Notes under the pieces: generated by a model
Told to the model about the DNA's origin: nothing
Database searches by the model: none
What the model saw: the letters and a program-made list of their open reading frames with translations, nothing else
Translations under genes and position numbers: made by a program
Assembly (NCBI GenBank): GCA_011049115.1
Contig: DSCM01000133.1
Location: 6,849 to 70,848 of the forward strand
Length of the DNA stretch: 64,000 nt
Source of the DNA: Pseudomonadota bacterium
Lineage (GTDB): Bacteria; Desulfobacterota; Anaeroferrophillalia; Anaeroferrophillales; Tharpellaceae
Direction: 5' to 3'
Shown here: in pieces, positions 18,813 through 27,307 of the stretch
How the letters are laid out: each line of letters starts with the position of its first letter
How positions within the stretch are numbered: position 1 is the stretch's first letter

Positions 18813-20825
18813 TTAAAGCAGGCCGGCGAAGATCTCGGCAAAAGGAAGCAGGGTCGTCAGCATGAGTAAAACGGCCACGACGACATACAGAACATAGAGA
18901 CGCGTCTGTCCCTGCTGGAAACGATAAAACCAGCGCAGCTGCCTTTTGAGCCGACAGAAACCCGGAATCAGCGCCCGATCCAGAACCAGCTCGGCGACAT
19001 GGCTATGCAGACGGCTTCTCTCCGGCATTACGCCTCTGATTTCAGGCCCCCTGACTTCAGGTTTGAGAACCCAGACGAACAAGCCCAGTAAAGTCCGGGC
19101 AAACGATGAGGCCGTGTATTGCATCCTGGCCGTCGGCGCGGCGTAACCACAATCCCAGGTGACCACTTTGCGCCGCGACCACGGCTTGCGACAACGGCGA
19201 AAGCAAAGAACCGGAAGTAAAACCAGGCTCAGCAGAAGAAACGCCGACCAACTGATGGCGGAAAAGGGAATCAAGCCCGCCAGGGTCGGACTGTAGGTCG
19301 ACAACGAAACCGGCAACCAGGCGGCGATAGCCTGCTCAAGCACCGGAACCATCAGCCCCGGCGCCAGGCCCAGAACCAGACATAATCCGGCCAGAACCAG
19401 CATGGAAGCAAGCATGACGCCGGGCGCTTCAGGGGCCGACGCCGCCGCCGGACTGCGCGGCGTCCCCAGAAAAACCGCGCCATAGACCTTGACGAAACAA
19501 GCTATGGCCAAGGCCCCGATCATGGCCAGAACCGGAGCTGCGACCCCCACCATCAAACCAGAATTTCCCGGAACCATAAAGGTTTTAAAAACCCCCAGAT
19601 AAACAAAAAACTCACTGACAAAACCATTCAAAGGCGGCAGACCGCAGATAGCCACGGCCCCGATCAGAAAGAGAACCGCCGTCCAGGGCAGGCGTTGCGC
19701 AAGCCCCCCCAGCTGATCGATGCGGCGGGTATGAGTCGCGTGAACAATCGCTCCTGACCCCAGAAACAGCAACGATTTAAAAAGACTGTGGTTCCAGATG
19801 TGCAACAGACAGCCGGCCATTCCCAGCATAATCCATTCCGGCCGGCCATAGCTGCGGCCGAGCATGGCCAGTCCCAGACCCAGCAAGATAATGCCGATAT
19901 TTTCAACGCTGTGATACGCCAGCAGGCGCTTCAGGTCATGCTGAGCCAAGGCAAAGATAACCCCCAATAAACCGCTCAGGGCTCCGGCCGCCAGAATGAA
20001 CCAACCCCATAAGGCCGGAGGATCAGGCAGCAGGGAAAGGATGCGAATCAAGCCGTAAAGCCCGATTTTCAGCATGACTCCGGACAAGACCGCCGACACA
20101 TGACTGGGCGCGTTCGCGTGCGCACCGGGCAACCAGAAATGCAGCGGCATGATTCCAGCTTTCAGACCAAAACCGACAAAAGCCAGAAAAAACAGGATAT
20201 GGCTCTGCAACCTCGAGACGCTCCCGAGCGCCGGGGAAAAAAAAGCAAATGATCCAGTCAGATGTCGCCAGAAAATAAACAAGCCGAAAAGCACCAGGGT
20301 CCCGAAATGAGTGGCCAGCAGATAAACCAGGCCGCTCTTTCGACATTCTTCAAGCTCGTCTTCCGTCGTAACCAGAAAAAAGGCCGAAAGCGCCATCACC
20401 TCCCAGCCCAGCAGAAAAGCCAGAGCATGCGTACTGACCACCAACAAGGCCATCCCCGCCAGCAAAGTGCCCCAGAAGCAACGCAACCCGGAAGCGTTGT
20501 GTTGGTTTTTCTGCTGCGGCCAATACCCCAGACCAAAGACCGCTCCCAGAAAACCCATCACAAAAATCGGCACCAGGAAAAAGGCGCTCAGAGCGTCAAG
20601 CCCCAGACAGGAACCGCCGGCGGGCGGCCATGGGAAAGCGTGAGCGGTCGAAAAAGCCGACAGGAAAAAAACCCGACCGCTGCCGATCAAACCGGACAAG
20701 GCTCCAAGTCCCAGCAGGAAAACCGCGCTCCGCTCCCCCCAGACCGAAGTCCGCGGCAGAAAAAGCCCGGGCACCCCACTACCGGCCACCAGAATCAGGG
20801 CCAGATTCAGCAAAAAAAAATTCAC
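18813..20825 (-). CDS. HyfB/NuoL/MrpA-like antiporter subunit (intact)
   Basis: 670 aa; IMPLHFWLPGAHANAPSHVSAVLSGVMLKIGLYGLIRI signature of NuoL/MrpA family; first gene of the ehr-like operon. Confidence 0.75.
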   Translation of the reverse strand: MNFFLLNLALILVAGSGVPGLFLPRTSVWGERSAVFLLGLGALSGLIGSGRVFFLSAFSTAHAFPWPPAGGSCLGLDALSAFFLVPIFVMGFLGAVFGLGYWPQQKNQHNASGLRCFWGTLLAGMALLVVSTHALAFLLGWEVMALSAFFLVTTEDELEECRKSGLVYLLATHFGTLVLFGLFIFWRHLTGSFAFFSPALGSVSRLQSHILFFLAFVGFGLKAGIMPLHFWLPGAHANAPSHVSAVLSGVMLKIGLYGLIRILSLLPDPPALWGWFILAAGALSGLLGVIFALAQHDLKRLLAYHSVENIGIILLGLGLAMLGRSYGRPEWIMLGMAGCLLHIWNHSLFKSLLFLGSGAIVHATHTRRIDQLGGLAQRLPWTAVLFLIGAVAICGLPPLNGFVSEFFVYLGVFKTFMVPGNSGLMVGVAAPVLAMIGALAIACFVKVYGAVFLGTPRSPAAASAPEAPGVMLASMLVLAGLCLVLGLAPGLMVPVLEQAIAAWLPVSLSTYSPTLAGLIPFSAISWSAFLLLSLVLLPVLCFRRCRKPWSRRKVVTWDCGYAAPTARMQYTASSFARTLLGLFVWVLKPEVRGPEIRGVMPERSRLHSHVAELVLDRALIPGFCRLKRQLRWFYRFQQGQTRLYVLYVVVAVLLMLTTLLPFAEIFAGLL

Positions 20826-20848
20826 TCGCGGTTCCTTGGTCTATCGAT

Positions 20849-21538
20849 TCAATTTCGCGCTGGAATTTCACCTTCAATCAGAGTCAGCAGGGCCAGCAGC
20901 TCTTGTTGCGATGCTTTTTCATGTAAGGCATCCTGCAGACGTTGATTGTGTAAAACATAACTGATTCTTGACAATAAATGCAAATGAACTCGCGTCGTCG
21001 TACTGATCAGGGTAAACAGGACGTTTACGGGCTTTCCATCCAGAGCCTGGAAATCTATGGGTTTTTCTAAAAAACAAAGGGTTACCGAAGGCTTTGCGAC
21101 GTTCAAGACCACGGGATTGCGCACATGGGGGATGGCGACTCCCCCCCCGAAACCGGTTGAACCCAGACTTTCCCGCGCCAGAAGCACTTGATAAAGGAAC
21201 TCACGGTCGACCGTTTCGGGCAAATTTAGGAGGGCGACCATCGACCGCAGCACCGACGCCGAATCGTTGCCGGGCAGTTGATAGATTACGCCTCCGTGAC
21301 TAATCGCCTCCACCAAAGAGGGCAGAACCGTCGAACCGTTGCGTCCTTTCTCCAGAAAGCTATCCGGCGCCAACTTCATATGCCGGGCGTTGGCCCATTC
21401 CAGAATCTCGCTGCGCACAAAACGATATTGCTCGTTGATTTTGCGAGATGGAATGATTGACTTTTTAATCCACCGATGAATCGTGTCCTCGGAGACGTTA
21501 AGCAGTTGCGCGATGTCCTGAACCGACAAATTCATCAA
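20849..21538 (-). CDS. Transcriptional regulator: N-terminal excisionase/MerR-like HTH fused to PTS EIIA(Ntr)-type (PtsN-like) domain
   Basis: N-terminal LSVQDIAQLLNVSEDTIHRWIKKSIIPS (HTH_17-like), C-terminal GGGVAIPHVRN... (GIAIPH-type EIIA-2 phosphorylation-site motif); 23 nt upstream of ehr operon, same strand. Confidence 0.65.
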   Translation of the reverse strand: MMNLSVQDIAQLLNVSEDTIHRWIKKSIIPSRKINEQYRFVRSEILEWANARHMKLAPDSFLEKGRNGSTVLPSLVEAISHGGVIYQLPGNDSASVLRSMVALLNLPETVDREFLYQVLLARESLGSTGFGGGVAIPHVRNPVVLNVAKPSVTLCFLEKPIDFQALDGKPVNVLFTLISTTTRVHLHLLSRISYVLHNQRLQDALHEKASQQELLALLTLIEGEIPARN

Positions 21539-21603
21539 TGAAACTCCTTGAAAAAAATAACCATTTTTTTACTCCGCGGATATCGGGCAATAAAAATCAG
21601 CTC

Positions 21604-22815
21604 TTACTTCGGGGAACGGATATCAAAACGGGGAGCGGCCAGCATTCTGCCGATCTGCTCTTTCAAATCCGTCTGATCCGGGTTTTCACTAGCCTGTTCC
21701 TGCAACAGGTTAAACAAACGACTCTGCTCCAGCGGATGAGCATAGGCTTCCGGAGTGCCGTCCTTCAGTTGAATATGGGCGGCCCAGGGAACAAAATAGG
21801 TGGTTGCCGGAAACCCCTGATACTCGGAGATGTCTACGTTGAGACCCGCCACATAAAGCAGATTTTTATCGGCATACTCATTCCCCCGACGAATGGACTC
21901 CACCGTCCGGGCAAACTCAAGCTGGATATTGATCTTGGCCGCTCTCAACGCCGGGTTGGGAGCGGTGACGATCGTGGGCATGAACTCGATCAGAGATCTT
22001 TCCAGCAGGATAGACTCATCGGTTTCATGGAAAGCTTCCTGAAAAAAGAAAAGGTCATCATACAGATATTCACCGATCGCTTCCCCCTCTCCCCCCTTCC
22101 ACACATAACCTGCGATCTCAAGACGCCGGCGAAAGGATTCGGAAACCTCGTAAGTCTGGCTCGTGGAAAGGGCCGCTATCGGATTGATCCGACCGGCCGC
22201 GTCAATTCTGGCGATGTTCTCCAACCGCAGGACCAGGCCGCTTTTCACCGGATGCAAGGGGAAATCGACAAATGAATTCTTAACGGTTATCAGGTGCCGC
22301 CCCGCATCTTCCCGCCGGAGAAAGATGCGATTTCGGGCAAAATGATATTGTTCGAGATAGGGCGTGATCACATGCGTGATCTTGCCGCAGGAGTTGGAGC
22401 TGCACGAACCTTTCATTTTGGGGCGCACCCATTTTCCGTAAGCACCGGTATGCGGGTCATAGCCCACATGGCTGGCCTGCACGATCAATGAATCCTCGCC
22501 ATGATGGGCATGCGGACCATGGCGGTCAATCGCGACGATGCCGCCCACCCGGCCATGATTAAAAGGAAAGGTGCCGAAATGCTTGGTCAACAGAATAATC
22601 GGCCAGCCCTGATTTTCATCGGAGCAAAAGGCCCGGGAAGGCATGATGTAACCTTTCCTGAACCCCAGGGTCATGCAGAGGTTATAAAGCTTGGGAACGA
22701 ATTCGGCATAGGGAATAGCCAGACCATCCACCGCGAAAGGCGCCAAGGTTCTAACAATATATGGTTTCTGATAAAAATTCGGCATTGATTGAACCTCCGG
22801 TAAGCTAAACCGCAA
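21604..22815 (-). CDS. Conserved hypothetical Cys/His-rich protein
   Basis: 403 aa; segments FCSDENQGW, HGPHAHHGED, GSCSSNSCGKITH suggest metal binding; no confident family assignment from sequence alone. Confidence 0.5.
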   Translation of the reverse strand: MRFSLPEVQSMPNFYQKPYIVRTLAPFAVDGLAIPYAEFVPKLYNLCMTLGFRKGYIMPSRAFCSDENQGWPIILLTKHFGTFPFNHGRVGGIVAIDRHGPHAHHGEDSLIVQASHVGYDPHTGAYGKWVRPKMKGSCSSNSCGKITHVITPYLEQYHFARNRIFLRREDAGRHLITVKNSFVDFPLHPVKSGLVLRLENIARIDAAGRINPIAALSTSQTYEVSESFRRRLEIAGYVWKGGEGEAIGEYLYDDLFFFQEAFHETDESILLERSLIEFMPTIVTAPNPALRAAKINIQLEFARTVESIRRGNEYADKNLLYVAGLNVDISEYQGFPATTYFVPWAAHIQLKDGTPEAYAHPLEQSRLFNLLQEQASENPDQTDLKEQIGRMLAAPRFDIRSPK

Positions 22816-22875
22816 CCTGCCTTATCCATGCCTTTCCTTATCTTTCGCCGAGAAAGGCCATGTCCTCGCCTTTTC

Positions 22876-22922
22876 GCAAAAAAGCAAAGTGCCCCTTCTT
22901 AAAAGAGAGGGGCACTTTGCTT
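22876..22922 (-). terminator. Rho-independent terminator downstream of ssb
   Basis: Perfect 15-bp stem aagcaaagtgcccct / aggggcactttgctt with 10-nt loop; A6 on plus strand (T6 on minus transcript) immediately 3' of the stem. Confidence 0.6.
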
Positions 22923-23019
22923 GAGCAACCAGCTTATATAACCAGCCGTTCCTGCATGATCTTTTTCATATCACTCCGTGGCCGCCACTACCCGATTCGA
23001 AGTTCGTTCGGACTCTGAA

Positions 23020-23514
23020 TCAGAAAGGAATATCATCAGGACCGTTGTCGGGAATTGAAGAATGACCATAAGGTGCTGAATTTTCCGCACTCGACTGACC
23101 CCCGGAACCGAAACCACCGCTCCCGCCACCGGCAAAAGCTCCACCTTGGCCGCCACCGGCCGACTGACCGCCGTCCCGCCCCCCCAACATCTGCATGGTG
23201 CCGGCCACGATTTCCGTAGTCCAGCGTTTAACCCCATCCTGTTCCCAGGAACGGGTCTGTAATCTTCCTTCCAGATAAATCTGTTTACCTTTATGAAGCC
23301 ATTTGGCGCAGATTTCAGCCAGCTTGCCGAAAGCGATAATGCGGTGCCATTCGGTTCTTTCCTCCTTTTGCCCGTCCTTAACCCAGCTGTCGGTCGTAGC
23401 CAGGGTGAAAATCGTAAAGGGGTTACCGCTACTCCCATATTTCATTTCGGGATCACCGCCCAGATGCCCGACCAGAATAACCTTGTTTATTCCCGCCATC
23501 CTCTCGTCCTCCAT
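23020..23514 (-). CDS. ssb: Single-stranded DNA-binding protein
   Basis: 164 aa; OB-fold N-terminus ([15 protein letters not shown]...), Gly-rich tail ending DDIPF. Confidence 0.9.
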   Translation of the reverse strand: MEDERMAGINKVILVGHLGGDPEMKYGSSGNPFTIFTLATTDSWVKDGQKEERTEWHRIIAFGKLAEICAKWLHKGKQIYLEGRLQTRSWEQDGVKRWTTEIVAGTMQMLGGRDGGQSAGGGQGGAFAGGGSGGFGSGGQSSAENSAPYGHSSIPDNGPDDIPF

Positions 23515-23965
23515 GTTGAGCGCTTAAATCCACGCTGATTTTTCAATGCCGACAGCTTGAAGAGTTTAAAACTCCTTCGAGACAAACCAACCTGGAATAT
23601 AATTTGCAGACCGCAGACGACACCATTTCAAAAGTATATTACCACATCGATAATATATCGATTTCAAGGAAGACATCCTCGAAACAATATTTTTATATAC
23701 ATACGACTTTTTTTCCCATTAATCAAGCCGGAAATTTCGGGCAAAATAATATTGTGTTTTTTTATTCATTCTGGTAAGCCTTCTTTGATTATGCAAGGTT
23801 AAACATGCGTTATAAAATCGCCGTCAACCGGGAAAATCGGCGGGAATAAATAAATAATGAAGTTCAACAACCCCCGCGCCGACTTCCGTTTCTAATAAAA
23901 AAACGGTTTTCCAGAGCCGGCGGGGATCAAATCAGCAACGAGGTTTGCCAAGGAGAAATCAGACC

Positions 23966-25096
23966 ATGAGTGAGATCAAAACCGTGGGCGTGGTTGGTTT
24001 CGGCGTCATGGGCGCCGCCATCGCCCTGAATGCCGCCGGAGCCGGCTATCAGGTTATTTACAAGGAACTCAATGATGAACTAGTCGCCGCCATGTTTGAG
24101 CGCTGGGTGACCAAACCATTGAGCAAGAGAGTGGCCCAAGGCAAGATGAGCCAGGGCGAGATGGATGAACTGAGTGGCCGGATAAGCGGCACCAGTCTTT
24201 ACTCGGGACTGCGGGAATGTGATCTTGTCATTGAAGCGGCAATCGAAAAAATGGATCTTAAAATCGAGGTTTTTACCGAGCTCTCCAAGGCCTGCCGCCA
24301 AGACGCCATCCTCGTCAGCAACACTTCAACCTTTCTGATTGAAAAGCTCATGGCCAAAGTCGACAATCCGGGTCGCACCGCCGGCCTGCATTATTTCTTT
24401 CCGGCCAATATCAACCGTTTAGTCGAAGTCATCCGACAGAAGAAAACCAGCGACGACACCTATCACGCCCTAATGGAATTTGCTCGCAGAAACCGTAAAG
24501 TGGCCATCACGGTTAAAGATTTTCCGGGATTTGCCGTCAATCCCGTTTTTATCGCCAGCTATGTCGTTCTCGACAGTTTCCATGGGGATAAATTCAATGC
24601 CATCAGCCTCGAAAGCATTTCCCAGGAAACTCTGGGGCTTAAATTCGGCATCATGTGGGTCCAGAACGGAGCGGGTCTCGGCACCTGCTACCATGCCGGT
24701 GTTTCCATGGCCGCATACCTGCGCGCGGCAGATACCGGCTATCCCGCGATGTGCCCCCAACTGAAGAGTCAGTTTGAAAGCGGTCGTCCCTGGGATATTG
24801 AATCCGGCGTGATCATCGAAGATTCGGCCGCCCGGACCGAGGTCAGGGAACGACTTCTGGGAGCCATTTTTGCCATTTCCACCCATTTGATTGAACACGA
24901 GGTGGTAAGCCCCGACGATCTGGAGCTCGGCATCATCACTTCTCTGGCCTGGCCCAAGGGTCCCCTGACCCTGATGAACGAGCTGGGCATGGAGGAAAGC
25001 TCCCGTCTGGTCAAACTCGCGGTCGCCGCCGGAGATTTCAATCTGCCCCAAAAGTTCGCGGACAACGACCTGAGTCCCTGGAAGTTAAAAAAATAA
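23966..25096 (+). CDS. 3-hydroxyacyl-CoA dehydrogenase (NAD-binding)
   Basis: VGVVGFGVMGAAIA Rossmann motif, C-terminal 3HCDH domain; start set at ATG 23966 preceded by AGGAGA RBS (23951-23956). Confidence 0.8.
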   Translation: MSEIKTVGVVGFGVMGAAIALNAAGAGYQVIYKELNDELVAAMFERWVTKPLSKRVAQGKMSQGEMDELSGRISGTSLYSGLRECDLVIEAAIEKMDLKIEVFTELSKACRQDAILVSNTSTFLIEKLMAKVDNPGRTAGLHYFFPANINRLVEVIRQKKTSDDTYHALMEFARRNRKVAITVKDFPGFAVNPVFIASYVVLDSFHGDKFNAISLESISQETLGLKFGIMWVQNGAGLGTCYHAGVSMAAYLRAADTGYPAMCPQLKSQFESGRPWDIESGVIIEDSAARTEVRERLLGAIFAISTHLIEHEVVSPDDLELGIITSLAWPKGPLTLMNELGMEESSRLVKLAVAAGDFNLPQKFADNDLSPWKLKK

Positions 25097-25117
25097 CCCC
25101 TAAAAGTGCCGTCTTTC

Positions 25118-25167
25118 TTAAAGAGCGTGAAGAATCTTTAAACAAAAGATTCTTCACGCTCTTTAAA
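25118..25167. terminator. Bidirectional terminator hairpin between convergent 3-hydroxyacyl-CoA dehydrogenase and PfkB-like genes
   Basis: ~20-bp perfect inverted repeat ttaaagagcgtgaagaatcttt / aaagattcttcacgctctttaa with short loop. Confidence 0.6.
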
Positions 25168-26884
25168 TTTTGGCGTCAAATCTTCCGGTCGCAGCAGCAC
25201 CGTCAGCCCTTTTCTTGCGGGCAACTATCTCTTGGGCCAGCCTGAGAATTTCAGCAAAAGGATGGTGAACCTGCGTGGTATTGATGGTGATAATCGTATC
25301 GGTAATCGTGCCGTACCGGGTCGGATCTCCACTCTCATGAAGATGATGGGAAATTATATCCCGCAATTCGGTTTCCGTGCCCATCATGATATGGCGTTCA
25401 TTCTCGGCGATCAGATCTTTGATGCGAGGCCTCTGCCGGGTGCGAATAAAGAACTGGGCTCCCAGGGTGGCGGCTCGCAGGGCATGCCCGCTGTCCCAGC
25501 CAATCGCTTTCAAGGCAATGAAAATTCCGGCGAAGGTATCCCCGGCGCCCAGGGTTGACACCAACTCATCGACAAAATCATCCCCGCAGATAATCCGGCG
25601 ATCGGCATAACGCATGCGAAAAATCGTGTCTTCAGGCATGCGGGCCTTCCGCCAATAAAGCTGAGCCCGTGCCGGAGTCAGGCGCTCGGTATAACGAACC
25701 CCTTTGCTACCCTCGGTCAACAGCAAACGACCGCCCTTATTATTCTCTCCCTTTTTACCTTGATTCATCTGGCGCACAAGTTGACTGCAGGTCAAATCAA
25801 TCCCTCGCCGCCGAACCACGCTGTCCATAAGCAACAATTCATCGGTATTTAAAATCAGGTACTGAATAAATGGAATTATCGCATCATGAATAAGTTCCTC
25901 ACGGCTGTTGAAAAAACGTTCCTGACGCGAAGTATAGTAACGCGAAGCAACCAGCTCGTCCATGCAGCGGAACAAAGTTTTGGTCGGGCAGAAATACGTC
26001 TGTACGGCGCTGGCATACGCCGTATGCAGAAGTCTGCAGACCAGACGCAGTTCCTCCGGGTTGGTCAGCGAATTAACAATCAGATTGGTGTCGACGAACT
26101 CACTGTCTTTGCGCAGCTTATACTCAAGATCAAAATAACGTTGCGCCAGTCGTTCAACCGGAATGATCTCTTCGTTGGTCTGGTTAGAGAGCACGATGCG
26201 ATCCAGAGTCTTGCCCTCATCGTTCTCGATCGTTAAAACATAGCTCGTTCTGGGCACCAGATTTTCAACATGCATTTCCGGAATATCGCCGATCTTAACC
26301 TGATTATCCTGATAAAAGTTTTTCACAAGCTTGAACATGGGATTCTTGACATCAAAGAAAAACAGATGTTCGAACTCAATCGCCGAACTCTCGGCTTTAA
26401 GCTCAGCCGAGTTGTAAAGACAGCGAATTGCATCAATCAGGTTACGATTATTGCCCCCCAACTGCACCTTGGCCTTGCGCTTGACCAAAACCTTGTGCAG
26501 ATCCTTTTCCGTCCGAATAACGTCAGGATAAACAGCGTTAAGCCCCTTGAGCAGGGACGGCAGATCCGAAACCCGCAGATCGGCTGACTTGCGTTCCCCA
26601 TGCTTACCACCAAAAGCCATGGTATAGTATAATTTTTCATTAACCTTCTGCACTTCGCAGGCCGCCAGAGGGTTGACTATCAGCATTGCTTCGCGGCCAT
26701 CGACCTGACAACAGAAAACCGTTCCCAAAGGCAACAGTATCTTATCGTCAATCATGATAATATCATTATTGACGGCCGCCCGAATCTCCTCCAAAGAAGG
26801 TTCGATCATGTAATCGAAAACCGGAATTCCCCCTAAAAAAACAAAGCGACTTTGCGTTTTTTTATCAGCCATGACAATCCTCAT
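25163..26884 (-). CDS. Atypical PfkB-family kinase-domain protein with extra N- and C-terminal regions; low-GC gene
   Basis: 573 aa; PfkB anion-hole motif LGAGDTFAGIF near residue ~450; visibly AT-richer than flanking DNA. Confidence 0.55.
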   Translation of the reverse strand: MRIVMADKKTQSRFVFLGGIPVFDYMIEPSLEEIRAAVNNDIIMIDDKILLPLGTVFCCQVDGREAMLIVNPLAACEVQKVNEKLYYTMAFGGKHGERKSADLRVSDLPSLLKGLNAVYPDVIRTEKDLHKVLVKRKAKVQLGGNNRNLIDAIRCLYNSAELKAESSAIEFEHLFFFDVKNPMFKLVKNFYQDNQVKIGDIPEMHVENLVPRTSYVLTIENDEGKTLDRIVLSNQTNEEIIPVERLAQRYFDLEYKLRKDSEFVDTNLIVNSLTNPEELRLVCRLLHTAYASAVQTYFCPTKTLFRCMDELVASRYYTSRQERFFNSREELIHDAIIPFIQYLILNTDELLLMDSVVRRRGIDLTCSQLVRQMNQGKKGENNKGGRLLLTEGSKGVRYTERLTPARAQLYWRKARMPEDTIFRMRYADRRIICGDDFVDELVSTLGAGDTFAGIFIALKAIGWDSGHALRAATLGAQFFIRTRQRPRIKDLIAENERHIMMGTETELRDIISHHLHESGDPTRYGTITDTIITINTTQVHHPFAEILRLAQEIVARKKRADGAAATGRFDAKI

Positions 26885-27026
26885 CTAAATCATACTTGAT
26901 TTTCATTGTTGATTCGTGCTAAAGGGCACAGCCTCACTGAGGCTTTAACTAAACAGAGAGCATCGTTGCGCTTGAGGTTCTCTTAATATTTACGATAAAC
27001 CAGCCAATTCGACGGAGTATTTAAAG

Positions 27027-27212
27027 ATGGCCAGAGTCTGTGATATCTGCGGTAAAAAACCGCTTGTCGGCAATAACGTTAGTCATGCTCACAATAAAAC
27101 CAAAAAAGTCTGGCGGCCCAATCTGCAGGAAGTCAGGGCCACGATTGACGGACAGAGCCGCAAGATTAAAGCCTGCACCCGTTGTATCCGCTCCGGCGCG
27201 ATCACTAAATAA
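27027..27212 (+). CDS. rpmB: 50S ribosomal protein L28
   Basis: 61 aa [34 protein letters not shown] matches L28 N-terminal consensus (R-V-C-x-x-x-G-K...GNN-SHA-N-TKR). Confidence 0.85.
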   Translation: MARVCDICGKKPLVGNNVSHAHNKTKKVWRPNLQEVRATIDGQSRKIKACTRCIRSGAITK

Positions 27213-27236
27213 TCCAAGCCTTATTTCGACCTCTGC

Positions 27237-27271
27237 AAAACCGGTACCGGATATCCGGTACCGGTTTTTTT
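27237..27271. terminator. Bidirectional rho-independent terminator between rpmB and relA
   Basis: aaaaccggtaccgg atat ccggtaccggttttttt: perfect stem flanked by A4 and T7. Confidence 0.7.
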
Positions 27272-27307
27272 GGGTTTATCCCGGGTTGCCGGCCACCGCG
27301 GCAACCG

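Noticed and set aside
23515-23965. AT-rich 450-bp region between ssb and hbd examined for mobile-element ends, sigma-54 promoter or CRISPR-like repeats
   Set aside because: Only a short imperfect palindrome around ATCGAT was seen. No direct repeats, no TGGCAC-N5-TTGC match, no ORF. Most likely a divergent promoter region.
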